This document shows positions 39,401 to 54,247 of a stretch of 64,000 bases of DNA, piece by piece. Source of the DNA: Eledone cirrhosa (taxonomy: Eukaryota); contig OZ024760.1 in the NCBI GenBank assembly GCA_964016885.1, positions 35,216,001 through 35,280,000 on the forward strand, written 5' to 3'. How positions within the stretch are numbered: the first letter of the stretch is position 1; the number at the start of each line of letters is the position of its first letter. The position numbers and the translations under genes are program-made. The notes beneath the pieces were generated by a model. That model saw only the letters and a program-made list of their open reading frames with translations, did no database searches and was not told the origin of the DNA.

Positions 39401-42400
39401 CATTTACCTATGTTAGGTGTGTGCCATTACCTATGTTGGGAGAGTGCTATTACCTATGTTAGGAGGGTATCATTACCTATGTTGGGAGAATGACATTACC
39501 TATGTTGGGACGGTGCCGTCACCTATGTTAGGCGGGTGCCGTTACCTATGCTGGGAGGGTGCCGTTACCTATGTTGGGAGAGTACCGTTACCTATGTTGG
39601 GAGGGTGCCGTTACCTATGTTGGGAGAATGCCATTACCTATGTTAGGAGGTTGCCGTTCCATATGTTAGGAGGGTTCCTTTACCTATGTTGGAAGGGTGC
39701 CGTTACCTATGTTAGGAGGGTGCCGTAAGCTATGTTAGGAGAGTGCCGCTACCTATGTTGGGAGGCTTCCGTTACCTATGTTGGGAGAGTGCCGTTACCT
39801 ATCTTCGGAGGGTGCCGTTACCTACGTTTGGAGAGTACTATTATCTAAGTTGGGAGAATGCCGTTACCTATGTTGGGAGAGTGCCGTCACCTATGTTGGG
39901 AGGGTGCCGTTACCTATGTTGGGAGAGTGACGTTACCTATGTTGGGAGAGTGCCGTTACCTATGTTGGGAGGGTGCCGTTACCTATTTTGGGAGAGTGCC
40001 ATCACCTATATTAGGAGGGTGCCGTTACCTATGTTAGGAGGGAGCCGTTACCTATGTTGGGATGGTGGCGTTACCTATGTTGGGAGAGTGCCGTTACCTA
40101 TGTTGCGAGGGTGCCGTTACCTATGTTGGGCGAGTGCCATTACCTATGTTAGGAGGGTGCCGTCACCTATTTTAGGAGGGTTCCGTTACCTATGTAGGGA
40201 GGGTGCCGTAACCTATGTTGGAAAGGTGCCATTACCTATGTTAGGAGGGTTCCGTTACCTATGTTGGAAGGGTGCCTTTACCTATGTTGGGAGGATGCCG
40301 TTACCTATGTTAGGAGGGTGCCATTACCTATGTTAGAAGGGTGCCGTTACCTATGTTTGGAGGGTGCCATTACCTATGTTGGGATAGTGCCGTTACCTAT
40401 GTTGGAAGGGCCCCGTTACCTATGTTGGGAGAGTGCCCTTACCTATGATAGAAGGGTGCCTTTACCTATGTTAGATGGGTGCCATTACCTATGTTAGGAG
40501 GGTGCCATTACGTATGTTGGGAGAGTGCCATTACCTATGTTAGGAGGGTGCCGTTACCTATGTTAGGAGAGTGCCATTACCTATGTTGGGAGAGTGCCAT
40601 TACCTATGTTGGGAGGGTGCCCTTACCTATGTTGGGAGAGTGCCAATACCTATGTTAGGACGGTGCCATTACCTATTTTGGTAGAGTGCCATTACCTATG
40701 TTAGCAGGGTACCGTTACCTATGTTGTGAGGGTGCCATTACCTATGTTGGAAGAGGGCCGTTACCTATGTTGGAAGGGTGACATTACCTATGTTAGGAGA
40801 GTGCCTTTACCTATGTTGGGAGTGTGCCGTTACCTATGTTGGGAGAGTGCCATTACCTATGTTGGGAGCGTGCCGTTACCTATGTTAGGAGGGTGCCATT
40901 ACCCATGTTGGAACGGTGCCGTTTCCTATGTTGGGAGGTTGCCGTTACCTATGTTGGGAGAGTGCCGTTACCTATGTTGGGAGAGTGCCATTACCTATGT
41001 TTGGAGGGTGACGTTACCTATGTTGGGAGAGTGCCATTACCTAGGTTAGGAAGGTGCCGTTACCTATGTTGGGAGAGTGCCATTACCTATGTTAGGAGGG
41101 TGTCCTTACCTATGTTAGGAGGGTGTCACTACCTATGTTGGGAGAGTGCCATTAACTATATTAGGAGGTGCCTTTATCTATGTTGGAAGGGTGCCATTAC
41201 CTAGGATAGGAGGGTGCCATTACCTATGTTGGGAGAGTGCCGTTAACTATGTGGGGAGAGTGACGTTATCTATGTTGGGAGGGTGCCGTTACCTATGTTG
41301 GGAGAGTGACATTACCTATGTTAGGAGGGTGCCGTTACCTATGTTGGGAGAGTGCCATTACCTATGTTAGAAGGGTGCCGTTACCTATGTTGGGAGGGTG
41401 CCGTTACCTATGTTTGGAGGGTGCCGTTACCTATGTTATTAGGGTGCCATTGCCTATGTAGGAAGGGTGCCGTTACCTATGTTGGGAGGGTGCCTTTACC
41501 TATGTTGGGATAGTGCCATTACCTATGTTGAGTTGGTGCCATTACCTATGTTAGGAGGGGGCCATTGCCTATGCTGGAAGGGTGCCGTTACCTATGTTGG
41601 GAGGGTGCCGTTACCTGTGTGGGGAGAGTGCTGTTACCTATGTTAGGAGCTTGCCATTACCTATGTTGGAAGGGTGCCATTACCTACGTTAGGAGGGTGC
41701 CATTACCTATGTTAGGAGAGTGCCATTACCTATGTTAGGAGGGTGCCTTTACCTATGTTGCGAGGGTGCCATTACCTATGTTGGGGGAGTGCCGTTACCT
41801 ATGTTAGGAGGGTGCCATTACCTATGTTGGGACAGTGACATTACCTATGTTAGGAGGGTGCAATTACATATGTTGGAAGGGTGCCGTTACCTATGGCAGG
41901 AGGGTGCCGTTACCTATGTTGGAGGGTGCCGTTACCGCTGTTGGCAGAGTGCAGTTACCTATTGTGGGAGGGTGACGTTACCTATGTTAGGAGGGTGCCA
42001 TTACCTATGTTGGAAGGGTGCCATTACCTGTTAGGAGGTTGCCGTTACTTATATTGGGAGAGTGCCATTACCTATGTTGGGAGGGTGCCGTCACCTATGT
42101 TGGGAGAGTGCCATTACCTATGTTGGGAGGGTGCTGTTAACTATGTTGGCAGAGTGTGATTACCTATGTTGGGAGGGTGCCGTTACCTGTGTTGGGAGAG
42201 TGCTATTACCTATGTTAGGATGGTGCCGTTACCTATGTTGGGAGAGTGCCATTACCTATCTTAGAAGGGTGCATTTACCTATGTTAGGTGGGTGCCGTTA
42301 CCTATGTTGGGAGAGTGCCATTACCTATGTTAGGAGGGTATCATTACCTATGTTGGGAGGGTGCCGTTACCTATGTTGGGAGAATGACATTACCTATGTT

Positions 42401-45000
42401 GGGAGGGTGCCGTCACCTATGTTAGGAGGGTGCCGTTACCTATGCTGGTAGGGTGCCGTTACCTATGTTGGGAGAGTACCGTTACCTATGTTGGGAGGGT
42501 GCCGTTACCTATGTTGGGAGAGTGCCATTACCTATGTTAGGAGGTTGCCGTTCCATATGTTAGGAGGGTTCCTTTACCTATGTTGGAAGGGTGCCGTTAC
42601 CTATGTTAGGAGGGTGCCGTTAGCTATGTTAGGAGAGTGCCGCTACCTATGTTGGGAGGGTTCCGTTACCTATGTTGGGAGAGTGCCGTTACCTATCTTG
42701 GGAGGGTGCCGTTACCTACGTTTGAAGAGTACTATTATCTAAGTTGGGAGAATGCCGTTACCTATGTTGGGAGAGTGCCGTCACCTATGTTGGGAGGGTG
42801 CCGTTACCTATGTTGGGAGAGTGCCGTTACCTATGTTGGGAGAGTGCCGTTAACTATGTTGGGAGGGTGCCTTTACCTATTTTGGGAGAGTGCCATCACC
42901 TATATTAGGAGGGTACCGTTACCTATGTTAGGAGGGAGCCGTTACCTATGTTGGGATGGTGACGTTACCTATGTTGGGAGAGTGCCGTTACCTATGTTGC
43001 GAGGGTGCCGTTACCTATGTTGGGCGAGTGCCATTACCTATGTTAGGAGGGTGCCGTCACCTATGTTAGGAGGGTTCCGTTACCTATGTAGGGAGGGTGC
43101 CGTAACCTATGTTGGAAGGGTGCCATTACCTATGTTAGGAGGGTTCTGTTACCTATGTTGGAAGGGTGCCTTTACCTATGTTGGGAGGATGCCGTTACCT
43201 ATGTTGGGAGGGTGCCATTACCTATGTTGCAAATGTGCCATTACCTATGTTAGGAGGGTGTCATTACCTATGTTGGGATAGTGCCGTTACCTATGTTAGG
43301 AGAGTACCCTTACCTATGTTAGGAGGGTGCCTTTACCTATGTTAGATGGGTGCCATTACCTCTGTTAGGAGGGTGCCATTACGTATGTTGGGAGAGTGCC
43401 ATTACCTATGTTGGGAGGGTGCCCTTACCTATGTTGGGAGAGTGCCAATACCTATGTTAGGACGGTGCCGTTACCTATGTTAGGAGGGTGCCATTACCTA
43501 TTTTGGTAGAGTGCCATTACCTATGTTAGCAGTGTACCGTTACCTATGTTGTGAGGGTGCCATTACCTATGTTGGAAGAGGGCCGTTACCAATGTTGGAA
43601 GGGTGACATTACCTATGTTGGGAGAGTGCCGTTACCTATGTTGGGAGTGTGCCGTTACCTATGTTGGGAGAGTGCCATTACCTATGTTGGGAGCGTGCCG
43701 TTACCTATGTTAGGAGGGTGCCATTACCTATGTTGGAACGGTGCCGTTACCTATGTTGGGAGGGTGCCGTTACCTATGCTGGGAGAGTGCCGTTACCTAT
43801 GTTGGGAGAGTGCCATTACCTATGTTGGGAGGGTGACGTTACCTATGTTGGGAGAGTGCCATTACCTATGTTAGGAAGGTGCCGTTACCTATGTTGGGAG
43901 AGTGCCATTACCTATGTTAGGAGGGTGTCGTTACCTATGTTAGGAGGGTGTCACTACCTATGTTGGGAGAGTGCCATTACCTATATTAGGAGGTGCCTTT
44001 ATCTATGTTGGAAGGGTGCCATTACCTAGGATAGGAGGGTGCCATTACCTATGTTGGGAGAGTGCCATTACCTATATTAGGAGGATGCCGTTACCTTTGT
44101 TGGGAGGGTGCCGTTAACTATGTGGGGAGAGTGACGTTATCTATGTTGGGAGGGTGCTGTTACCTATGTTGGGAGAGTGACATTACCTATGTTAGGAGGG
44201 TGCCGTTACCTATGTTGGGAGAGTGCCATAACCTATGTTAGAAGGGTGCCGTTACCTATGTTGGGAGGGTGCCGTTACCTATGTTTGGAGGGTGCCGTTA
44301 CCTATGTTATTAGGGTGCCATTGCCTATGTTGGAAGGGTGCCGTTACCTATGTTGGGAGGGTGCCTTTACCTATGTTGGGATAGTGCCATTACCTATGTT
44401 GGGTTGGTGCCATTACCTATGTTAGGAGGGGGCCATTGCCTATGCTGGAAGGGTGCCGTTACCTATGTTAAGAGGGTGCCATTACATGTGTGGGGAGAGT
44501 GCTGTTACCTATGTTAGGAGGGTGCCATTACCTATGTTGGAAGGGTGCCATTACCTACGTTAGGAGGGTGCCATTACCTATGTTAGGAGAGTGCCATTAC
44601 CTATGTTAGGAGGGTGCCTTTACCTATGTTTCGAGGGTGCCATTACCTATGTTGGGGGAGTGTCGTTACCTATGTTAGGAGGGTGCCATTACCTATGTTG
44701 GGACAGTGACATTACCTATGTTAGGAGGGTGCCGTTACCTATGTTAGGAGGGTGCCATTACCTATGTTGGAAGGGTGCCATTACCTATGTTAGGAGGGTG
44801 CAATTACATATGTTGGAAGGGTGCCGTTACCTATGGTAGGAGGGTGCCGTTACCTATGTTGCGAGGGTGCCGTTACCGCTGTTGGGAGAGTGCAGTTACC
44901 TATTTTGGGAGGGTGCCGTTACCTATGTTAGGAGGGTGCCATTACCTATGTTGGAAGGGTGCCATTACCTATGTTAGGAGGTTGCCGTTACTTATATTGG
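36480..45000 (+). repeat. Three tandem copies of a ~2.8-2.95-kb higher-order unit
   Basis: Marker AAGAGGGCCG lies near 37809, 40751 and 43576, and TTAGATGGG near 37575, 40471 and 43342. ORF triplets 37784/40726/43551 and 38778/41720/44591 agree. Boundaries are approximate. Confidence 0.85.
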
Positions 45001-48000
45001 GAGAGTGCCATTACCTATGTTGGGAGGGTGCCGTCACCTATTTGGGAGAGTGCCATTACCTATGTTGGGAGGGTGCTGTTAACTATGTTGGGAGAGTGTG
45101 GTTACCTATGTTGGGAGGGTGCCGTTACCTGTGTTGGGAGAGCGCTATTACCTATGTTAGGAGGGTGCCGTTACCTATGTTGGGAGAGTGCCATTACCTA
45201 TCTTAGATGGGTGCATTTACCTATGTTAGGTGGGTGCCGTTACCTATGTTGGGAGAGTGCCATTACCTATGTTAGGAGGGTATCATTACCTATGTTGGGA
45301 GGGTGCCGTTACCTGTGTTGGGAGAATGACATTACCTATGTTGGGAGGGTGCCGTCACCTATGTTAGAAGGGTGCCGTTACCTATGCTGGGAGGGTGCCG
45401 TTACCTATGTTGGGAGAGTGCCGTTACCCATGTTGGGAGGGTGCCGTTACCTATGTTGGGAGAGTGCCATTACCTATGTTGGGAGAGTGCCGTTACCTAT
45501 GTTTGGCGAGTGCCATTACCTCTGGTAGGAGGGTGCCGTTACATATGTTAGGAGGGTTCCATTACCTATGTTGGTAAGGTTCCATTACCTATGTTAGGAG
45601 GGTGCCATTACGTATGTTGGGAGAGTGCCATTACCTATGTTAGGAGGTTGCCGTTACCTATGTTGGGAGATTGCCGTTGCCTATGTTGGGAGAGTGCCAT
45701 TACCTACGTTGGAAGAGTGCTGTTACCTATGTTGGGAGATTGCCATTACATATGTTGGGAGGGTGTCATTACCTATGTTAGGAGGGTGTCACTACCTATG
45801 TTGGGAGAGTGCCATTACCTATGTTTGGAGGTGCCGTTACCTAGGTTGGGAGAGTGCCATTACCTATGTTGGGAGGGTGCCATTACCTATGTTGGGCGAG
45901 TGCCGTTACCTATGTTAGGAGGGTGCCGTTACTATGTTGGGAGAGTGCCATTACCTATGTTAGGAGGATGCCGTTACCTATGTTGGGAGGGTGCCATTAC
46001 GTATGTTGGGAAAGTGCCGTTACCTATGTTGGGAGAGTGCCATTACCTATGTTGGTAGGGTGCCGTTACTTATATTGGGAGAGTGCCATTACCTATGTTG
46101 GGAGGGTGCCGTCACCTATGTTGGGAGAGTGCCATTACCTATGTTGGGAGGGTGCTGTTAACTATTTTGGGAGAGTGTGGTTACCTATGTTGGGAGGGTG
46201 CCGTTACCTGTGTTGGGAGAGTGCTATTACCTATGTTAGGAGGGTGCCGTTACCTATGTTGGGAGAGTGCCATTACCTATCTTAGAAGGGTGCATTTACC
46301 TATGTTAGGAGGGTGCCGTTACCTATGTTGGCAGGGTGCCATTACCTATGTTGGGGGAGTGCCGTTACCTATGTTAGGAGGGTGCCGTTACCTATGTTGC
46401 GAGGGTGCCGTTAACTATGTTGGGAGAGTGCCGTTACCTATTTTGGGAGGCTGCCTAAGTTGGAAGGGTGCCATTACCTATGTTGGGAGGGTGCCGTTAC
46501 CTATGTTGGGAGATTGCCGTTGCCTATGTTGGGAGAGTGCCATTACCTATGTTGGAAGGGTGCCGTTACCTATGTTGGGAGATTGCCATTACCTATGTTG
46601 GGAGGGTGCCATTACCTATGTTAGGAGGGTGTCGTTACCTATGTTAGGAGGGTGCCAATATCTATGTTGGAAATGTGCCATTACCTATGTTAGGAGGGTG
46701 CCACTACCTATGTTGGGAGAGTGCCATTACCTATGTTTGGAGGTGCCGTTACCTATGTTGGGAGAGTGCCATTACCTATGTTGGGAGGGTGCCATTACCT
46801 ATGTTGGGGGAGTGCCGTTACCTATGTTAGGAGGGTGCCGTTACCTATGTTGGTAGAGTGCCATTACCTATGTTAGGAGGATGCCGTTACCTATGTTGGG
46901 AGGGTGCCATTACCTATGTTGGGAAAGTGCCGTTACCTATGTTGGGAGGGTTCCGTTACCTATGTTGGAAGGGTGCCGTTACCTACGTTAGGAGGGTGCC
47001 ATTACTTATGTTGGGAGAGTGCCATTATTTATATTAGGAGGATGCCGTTACCTATGTTCGGAGAGTGCCATTAACTATGTTGGGAGAGTGCCGTTACCTA
47101 TGTTGGGAGGGTGCCGTTACATGTGTTAGGAGAGTGCTATTACCTATGTTAGGAGGATGCCGTTACCTATGTTAGGAGGGTGCCGTTACCTATGTTGCGA
47201 GGGTACTGTTACCTATGTTGGGAGAGTGCTATTATTTATATTAGGAGGATGCCGTTACCTATGTTGGGAGTATGCCATTACCTATGTTGGGAGAGTGCCA
47301 TTACCTGTCTTAGAAGGGTGCATTTACCTATGTTAGGAGGGTGCCTTTACCTATGTTGGGAGAGTGCCATTACCTATGTTAGGAGGGTGCCATTACCTAT
47401 GTTGGAACGGTGCCGTTACCTGTTGGGAGGGTGCCGTTACCTATGTTAGGAGGTTGCCGTTACATATGTTAGGAGGGTGCCGTTACATATGTTTGGAGAG
47501 TACTATTATCTAAGTTGGGAGAATGCCGTTACCTAAGTTGGAAGGGTGCCATTACCTATGTTGGAAGGGTGCCAATACCTATGTTGCGAGGGTACTGTTA
47601 CCTATGTTGGGATATTGCCGTTGCCTATTTTGGGAGAGTGCCGTTACCTATGTTAGGAGGGTGCCGTTACCTATGTTAGGAGGGTGCCATTACCTATGTT
47701 GGGAGAGTGACATTACCTATGTTAGGAGGGTGCCACTACCTATGTTGGGAGAGTGCCATTACCTATGTTAGGAGGTGCCGTTACCTATGTTGGGAGAGTG
47801 CCATTACCTATGTTAGGAGGGTGCCGTTACCTATGTTGGGAGAGTGCCATTACCTATGTTAGGAGGATGCCGTTACCTATGTTGGGAGGGTGCCATTACC
47901 TATGTTGGGAAAGTGCCGTTACCTATATTGGGAGGGTTCCGTTACCTATGTTGGAAGGGTGCCGTTACCTACGTTAGGAGGGTGCCATTACTTATGTTGG

Positions 48001-51000
48001 GAGAGTGCCATTATTTATATTAGGAGGATGCCGTTACCTATGTTGGGAGGGTGCCATTAACTATGTTGGGAGAGTGCCGTTACCTATGTTGGGAGGGTGC
48101 TGTTACCTGTGTTGGGAGAGTGTTATTACCTATGTTAGGAGGGTGCCGTTACCTATGTTGGGAGAGTGCCATTACCTATGTTAGGAGGTGCCGTTACCTA
48201 TGTTGGAAGGGTGCCATTACCTAGGATAGGAGGGTGCCATTACCTATGTTGGGAGAGTGCCATTACCTATATTAGGAGGATGCCGTTACCTTTGTTGGGA
48301 GGGTGCCGTTAACTATGTGGGGAGAGTGACGTTATCTATGTGGGGATGGTGCCGTTACCTATATTGGGAGAGTGACATTACCTATGTTAGGAGGGTGCCG
48401 GTACCTATGTTGGGAGAGTGCCATTACCTATGTTAGGAGGGTGCCTTTATCTATGTTGGAAGGGTGCCGTTACCTATGTTGGGAGGGTGCCTTTACCTAT
48501 GTTGGGAGAGTGCCATTACCTATGTTAGGAGGGTGCCATTACCTATGTTGGAAGGGTGCCCTTAACTATGTTAGAAGGGTGGAATTACGTATGTTGGAAG
48601 GGTGCCGTTACCTACGGTAGGAGGGTGCCGTTACCTATGTTGCGAGGGTGCCGTTACCGCTGTTGGGAGAGTGCAGTTACCTATTTTGGGAGGGTGCCGT
48701 TACCTATGTTAGGAGGGTGCCATTACCTATGTTGGAAGGGTGCCATTACCTATGTTAGGAGGTTGCCATTACCTATGTTGGGAGAGTGCCATTACCTATG
48801 TTAGCAGGGTGCCGTTACCTATGTTGCGAGGGTGCCATTACCTATGTTGGGGGAGTGCCGTTGCCTATGTTAGGAGGGTGTCGTTACCTATGTTGGGACA
48901 GTGCCATTACCTATGTTAGGAGTGTGCCGTTACCTATGTTAGGAGGGTGTAATTACCTATGTTGGGAGGGTGCCGTTACCTATGTTGGGAGAATGACATT
49001 ACCTATGTTGGGAGGGTGCCGTCACATATGTTAGGAGAGTGCCATTACCTATGTTAGGAGGTTGCCGTTACATATGTTAGGAGGGTTCCGTTACCTATGT
49101 TGGAAGGGTGCCCTTATCTATGTTAGGAGGGCGCAGTTACCTATGTTAGGAGAGTGCCGTTACCTATGTTGGGAGGGTAACGTTACCTATGTTGAGAGAG
49201 TGCTGTTACTTATGTAGGGAGCGTGCCGTTACCTACGTTTGCAGAGTACTATTATCTAAGTTGGGAGAATGCCGTTACCTATGTTGGGAGCGTGACATCA
49301 CCTATGTTAACAGGGTGTCGTTACCTATGTTGGGAGGGTGCCATTACCTATGTTGGGAGAGTGCTGTTACCTATGTTGGGAGAGTGCGTTACCTATGTTG
49401 GGAGGGTGCCGTTACCTGTTGGGAGAGTGCCATTACCTATATTAGGAGGGTGCCGTTACCGATGTTAGTGGGGTGCCTTTACCTATGTTGGAACGGTGAC
49501 GTTACCTATGTTAGAAGGTGACGTTTCCTATGTTGGGAGGGTGCCGTTACCTATGTTAGGAGGGTGCCGTTAGCTATGTTAGGAGGGTGCCATTACCTAG
49601 GTTAGGAGGGTGTCATTACCTATGTTGGGAGAGTGCCATTACCTGTATTAGGAGGATGCCGTTACCTATGTTGGGAGGGTTCCGTTAACTATGTTCGGAG
49701 AGTGACGTTATCTATGTTGGGAGGGTGCCGTTACCTATGTTGGGAGAGGGCCATTACCTACGTTAGAAGGGTGCATTTACCTATGTTAGGAGGGTGCCTT
49801 TATCTATGTTTGAAGGGTGCTGTTACCTATGTTAGGAGGGTGCCGTTACCTATATTTGGAGGGTGCCGTTACCTATGTTAGTAGGGTGCCATTACCTATG
49901 TTGGAAGGGTGCCGTTACCTATGTTGGGAGGGTGCCTTTACCTATGTTGGGAGAGTGCCATTACCTATGTTGGGAGGGTGTCATTACCTATGTTGGGAGA
50001 GTGCCATTACCTATGTTAGAAGGGTGCCATTACCTATGTTAGGAGGGTGCCATTACCTACGTTGGGAGAGTGCCATTACCTATGTTAGCAGGGTGCTGTT
50101 ACCTATTTTAGGAGGGTGCCGTTACCTATGTTGGAGGAGTTCCGTTATCTATGTTAGGAGGGTGCCGTTACCTCTGTTGGGACAGTGCCATTACCTCTGT
50201 TAGGAGTGTGCCGTTACCTATGTTAGGAGGGTGCCATTACCTATGTTGGAAGGGTGCCATTACCTATGGTAGGAGGGTGCCATTACCTATGTTGGAATGG
50301 GGCCATTACCTATGTTAGGAGGTTGCCTTACATATGTTAGGAGGGTCCCTTTACCTATGTTGGGAGGGTGCCGTTACCTATGTTGGGAGAGTGCCTTTAC
50401 CTATGTTGTGAGGGTGCCGTTACCTACGTTTGGAGAGTACTATTATCTAAGTTGGGAGAATGCCGTTACCTATGTTGGGAGGGTGGCGTCACCTATGTTA
50501 GGAGGGTGCCGTTACCTATGTTGGGAGAGTGCAATTATCTATGTTAGGAGGGTGCCGTTTCCTATGTTGGGAGGGTGTATTACCTATGTTAGGAGGGTGC
50601 CATTACCTATGTTGGAAGGGTGTCGTTACCTATGTTAGGAGGGTGCCGTTACCTATGTTAGGAGGGTCCCTTTACCTATGTTGGGAGGGTGCCGTTACCT
50701 ATGTTGGGAGAGTGCCGTTACCTATGTTGGGAGGGTGCCGTTACCTATGTTGGGAGAGTGCCATTACCTATGTTAGGAGGGTGCCGTTACCTATGTTGTG
50801 AGAGTGCCATTACCTATGTTAGAAGGGTGCATTTACCTATGTTAGGAGGGTGCCTTTACCTATGTTGGAAGGGTGCCGTTACCTATGTTAGGAGTGTGAC
50901 GTTGCCTATGTTTGGAGGGTGCCGTTACCTATGTTAGTAGGGTGCCATTACCTATGTTGGAAGGGTGCCGTTACCTATGTTGGGAGAGTGTCATTACCTA

Positions 51001-52200
51001 TGTTAGGAGGTTGCCGTTACATATGTTAGGAGGGTCCCTTTACCTGTGTTGGGAGGGTGCCGTTACCTATGTTGGGAGAGTTCCGTTACCTATGTTGGGA
51101 GGGTTCCTTTACCTAAGTTGGAAGGGTGCCATTACCTGTGTTGGAAGGGTGCCGTTACCTATGTTGGGAGAGAGCCATTACCTATGTTAGGAGGTTGCCG
51201 TTACATAGGTTTGGAGAGTACTATTATCTAAGTTGGGAGAATGCCGTTACCTATGTTGGGAGGGTGCCGTTACCTATGTTAGGAGGGTGCCATTACCTAT
51301 GTTGGAAGGGTGCCCTTACCTATGTTAGGAGGGTGCAATTACATATGTTGGAAGGGTGCCGTTACCTATGGTAGGCGGGTGCCGTTACCTATGTTGCGAG
51401 GGTGCCGTTACCGCTGTTGGGAGAGTGCAGTTACCTATTTTGGGAGGGTGCCATTACCTATGTTAGGATGTTGCCATTACCTATGTTGGGAGAGTGCCCT
51501 TACCTATGTTAGGAGGGTGCCGTTACCTATGTTGCGATGGTGCCATTACCTATGTTGGGGGAGTGCCGTTACCTATGTTAGGAGGGTGTCGTTACCTATG
51601 TTGGGACAGTGCCATTACCTATGTTAGGAGTGTGCCGTTACCTATGTTAGGAGGGTGTCATTACCTATGTTGGGAGGGTGCCGTTACCTATGTTGGGAGA
51701 ATGACATTACCTATGTTGGGAGGGTGCCGTCACCTATGTTAGGAGGGTGCCGTTATCTATGCTAGGAGGGTGCCGCAACCTATGTTGGGAGAGTGCCGTT
51801 ACCTATGTTGGGAGGGTGCCGTTACCTATGTTGGGAGAGTGCCATTACCTATGTTGGGAGTGTGCCGTTACCTATGTTGGGAGAGTGCCATTACCTCAGG
51901 TAGGAGGGTGCCGTTACATGTGTTAGGAGGGTGGCATTACCTATGTTGGTAGGGTGCCATTACCTATGTTAGGAGGGTGCCATTACGTATGTTGGGAGAG
52001 TGCCATTACCTATGTTAGGAGGTTGCCGTTACCTATGTTGGGAGGGTGCCATTAACTATCTTGGGAGTGTTCCGTTACCTATGTTAAAAGGGTGTCATTA
52101 CCTATGTTGGGAGAGTGCCATTACCTATGTTAAATCGGTGCCGTTACCTATGTTAGGAGGGTGCCTTTACCTATGTTGGGAGGGTGCCGTTACCTATGTT
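44100..52200 (+). repeat. Long block, copy B, paralog of about 29650-36470
   Basis: Offsets from copy A step through 14443, 14489, 14603, 15497, 15543, 15474 and 15727, consistent with multi-monomer indels. Confidence 0.88.
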
Positions 52201-53389
52201 GAGAGAGTGCCATTACCTATGTTGGGAGGGTGCCGTTACCTATGTTGGGAGAGTGCCATTACCTATGTTGGGAGAGTGCCATTACCTATGTTAGGAGGGT
52301 GCCGTTACCTATGTTGGGAGAGTGCCATTACCTATCTTAGAAGGGTGCATTTACCTATGTTAGGAGGGTGCCGTTACCTATGTTGGGAGAGTGCCATTAC
52401 CTATGTTAGGAGGGTATCATTACCTATGTTAGGACGGTGCCGTTACATATGTTGCGAGGTTACTGTTACCTATGTTAGGAGCGTGCCGTTACCTATGTTA
52501 GGAGGGTGCCATTACCTATGTTGGAACGGTGCCGTTACCTATGTTGGGAGGGTGCCGTCACCTATGTTCGGAGAGTGCCGTTACCTATGTTGGGAGAGTT
52601 CCATTACCTATGTTGAGAGGGTGACGTTACCTATGTTGGGAAAGTGCCATTACCTATGTTAGGAAGGTGCCGGTACCTATGTTGGGAGCGTGTCATTACC
52701 TATGTTAGGAGGGTGTCGTTACCTATGTTAGGAGGGTGCCATTACCTATGTTGGAAATGTGCCATTACCTATGTTAGGAGGGTGTAGTTACCTATGTTGG
52801 GAGAGTGCCATTACCTATGTTAGGAGGTGCCGTTACCTATGTTAGGAGGGTGCCTTTACCTATGTTGGAAGGGTGCCATTACCTAGGATAGGAGAGTGCC
52901 ATTAACTATATTAGGAGGATGCTGTTACCTTTGTTGGGAGGGTGCCGTTAACTATGTGGGGAGAGTGACGTTATCTATGTGGGGATGGTGCCGTTACCTA
53001 TGTTGGGAGAGTGACATTACCTATGTTAGGAGGGTGCCGTTACCTATGTTGGGAGAGTGCCATTACCTATGTTAGGAGGGTGCCTTTATCTATGTTGGAA
53101 GTGTGCTGTTACCTATGTTAGGAGGGTGCCATTACCTATGTTGCAATGGTGCCGTAACCTATGTTGGGAGGGTGCCTTTACCTATGTTGGGAGAGTGCCA
53201 TTACCTATGTTGGATTGGTGCCATTACCTATGTTAGGAGGGGGCCATTGCCTAGGTTGGGAGGGTGCCGTTACCTGTGTGGGGAGAGTGCTGTTACCTAT
53301 GTTAGGAGGGTGCCATTACCTATGTTGGAAGGGTGCCATTACCTACGTTTGGAGGGTGCCATTACCTATGTTGGGAGAGTGCCATTACC

Positions 53390-54247
53390 TATGTTAGGAG
53401 GGTGCCATTACCTATGTTGGAAGGGTGCCCTTACCTATGTTAGGAGGGTGCAATTACATATGTTGGAAGGGTGCCGTTACCTATGGTAGGCGGGTGCCGT
53501 TACCTATGTTGCGAGGGTGCCGTTACCGCTGTTGGGAGAGTGCAGTTACCTATTTTGGGAGGGTGCCATTACCTATGTTAGGATGTTGCCATTACCTATG
53601 TTGGGAGAGTGCCATTACCTATGTTAGGAGGGTGCCGTTACCTATGTTGCGAGGGTGTCATTACCTATGTTGGGGGAGTGCCGTTACCTATGTTAGGAGT
53701 GTGTCGTTACCTATGTTGGGACAGTGCCATTACCTATGTTAGGAGTGTGCCGTTACCTATGTTAGGAGGGTGTCATTACCTATGTTGGGAGGGTGCCGTT
53801 ACCTATGTTGGGAGAATGACATTACCTATGTTGGGAGGGTGCCGTCACCTATGTTAGGAGGGTGCCGTTATCTATGCTGGGAGGGTGCCGCTACCTATGT
53901 TGGGAGAGTGCCGTTACCTATGTTGGGAGGGTGCCGTTACCTATGTTGGGAGAGTGCCATTACCTATGTTGGGAGTGTGCCGTTACCTATGTTGGGAGAG
54001 TGCCATTACCTCAGGTAGGAGGGTGCCGTTACATGTGTTAGGAGGGTGGCATTACCTATGTTGGTAGGGTGCCATTACCTATGTTAGGAGGGTGCCATTA
54101 CGTATGTTGGGAGAGTGCCATTACCTATGTTAGGAGGTTGCCGTTACCTATGTTGGGAGGGTGCCATTAACTATGTTGAGAGAGTTCCGTTACCTATGTT
54201 AAAAGGGTGTCATTACCTATGTTGGGAGAGTGCCATTACCTATGTTA
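53390..54247 (+). repeat. ~860-bp block duplicated from about 51275-52132 (offset 2,115); a third copy lies near 35550-36405
   Basis: Shared variants GGTAGGCGGG, AGGATGTTGCC, GGTGGCATTAC and GTTAAAAGGG; ORF pairs 51310/53425 and 51770/53885. Confidence 0.85.
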
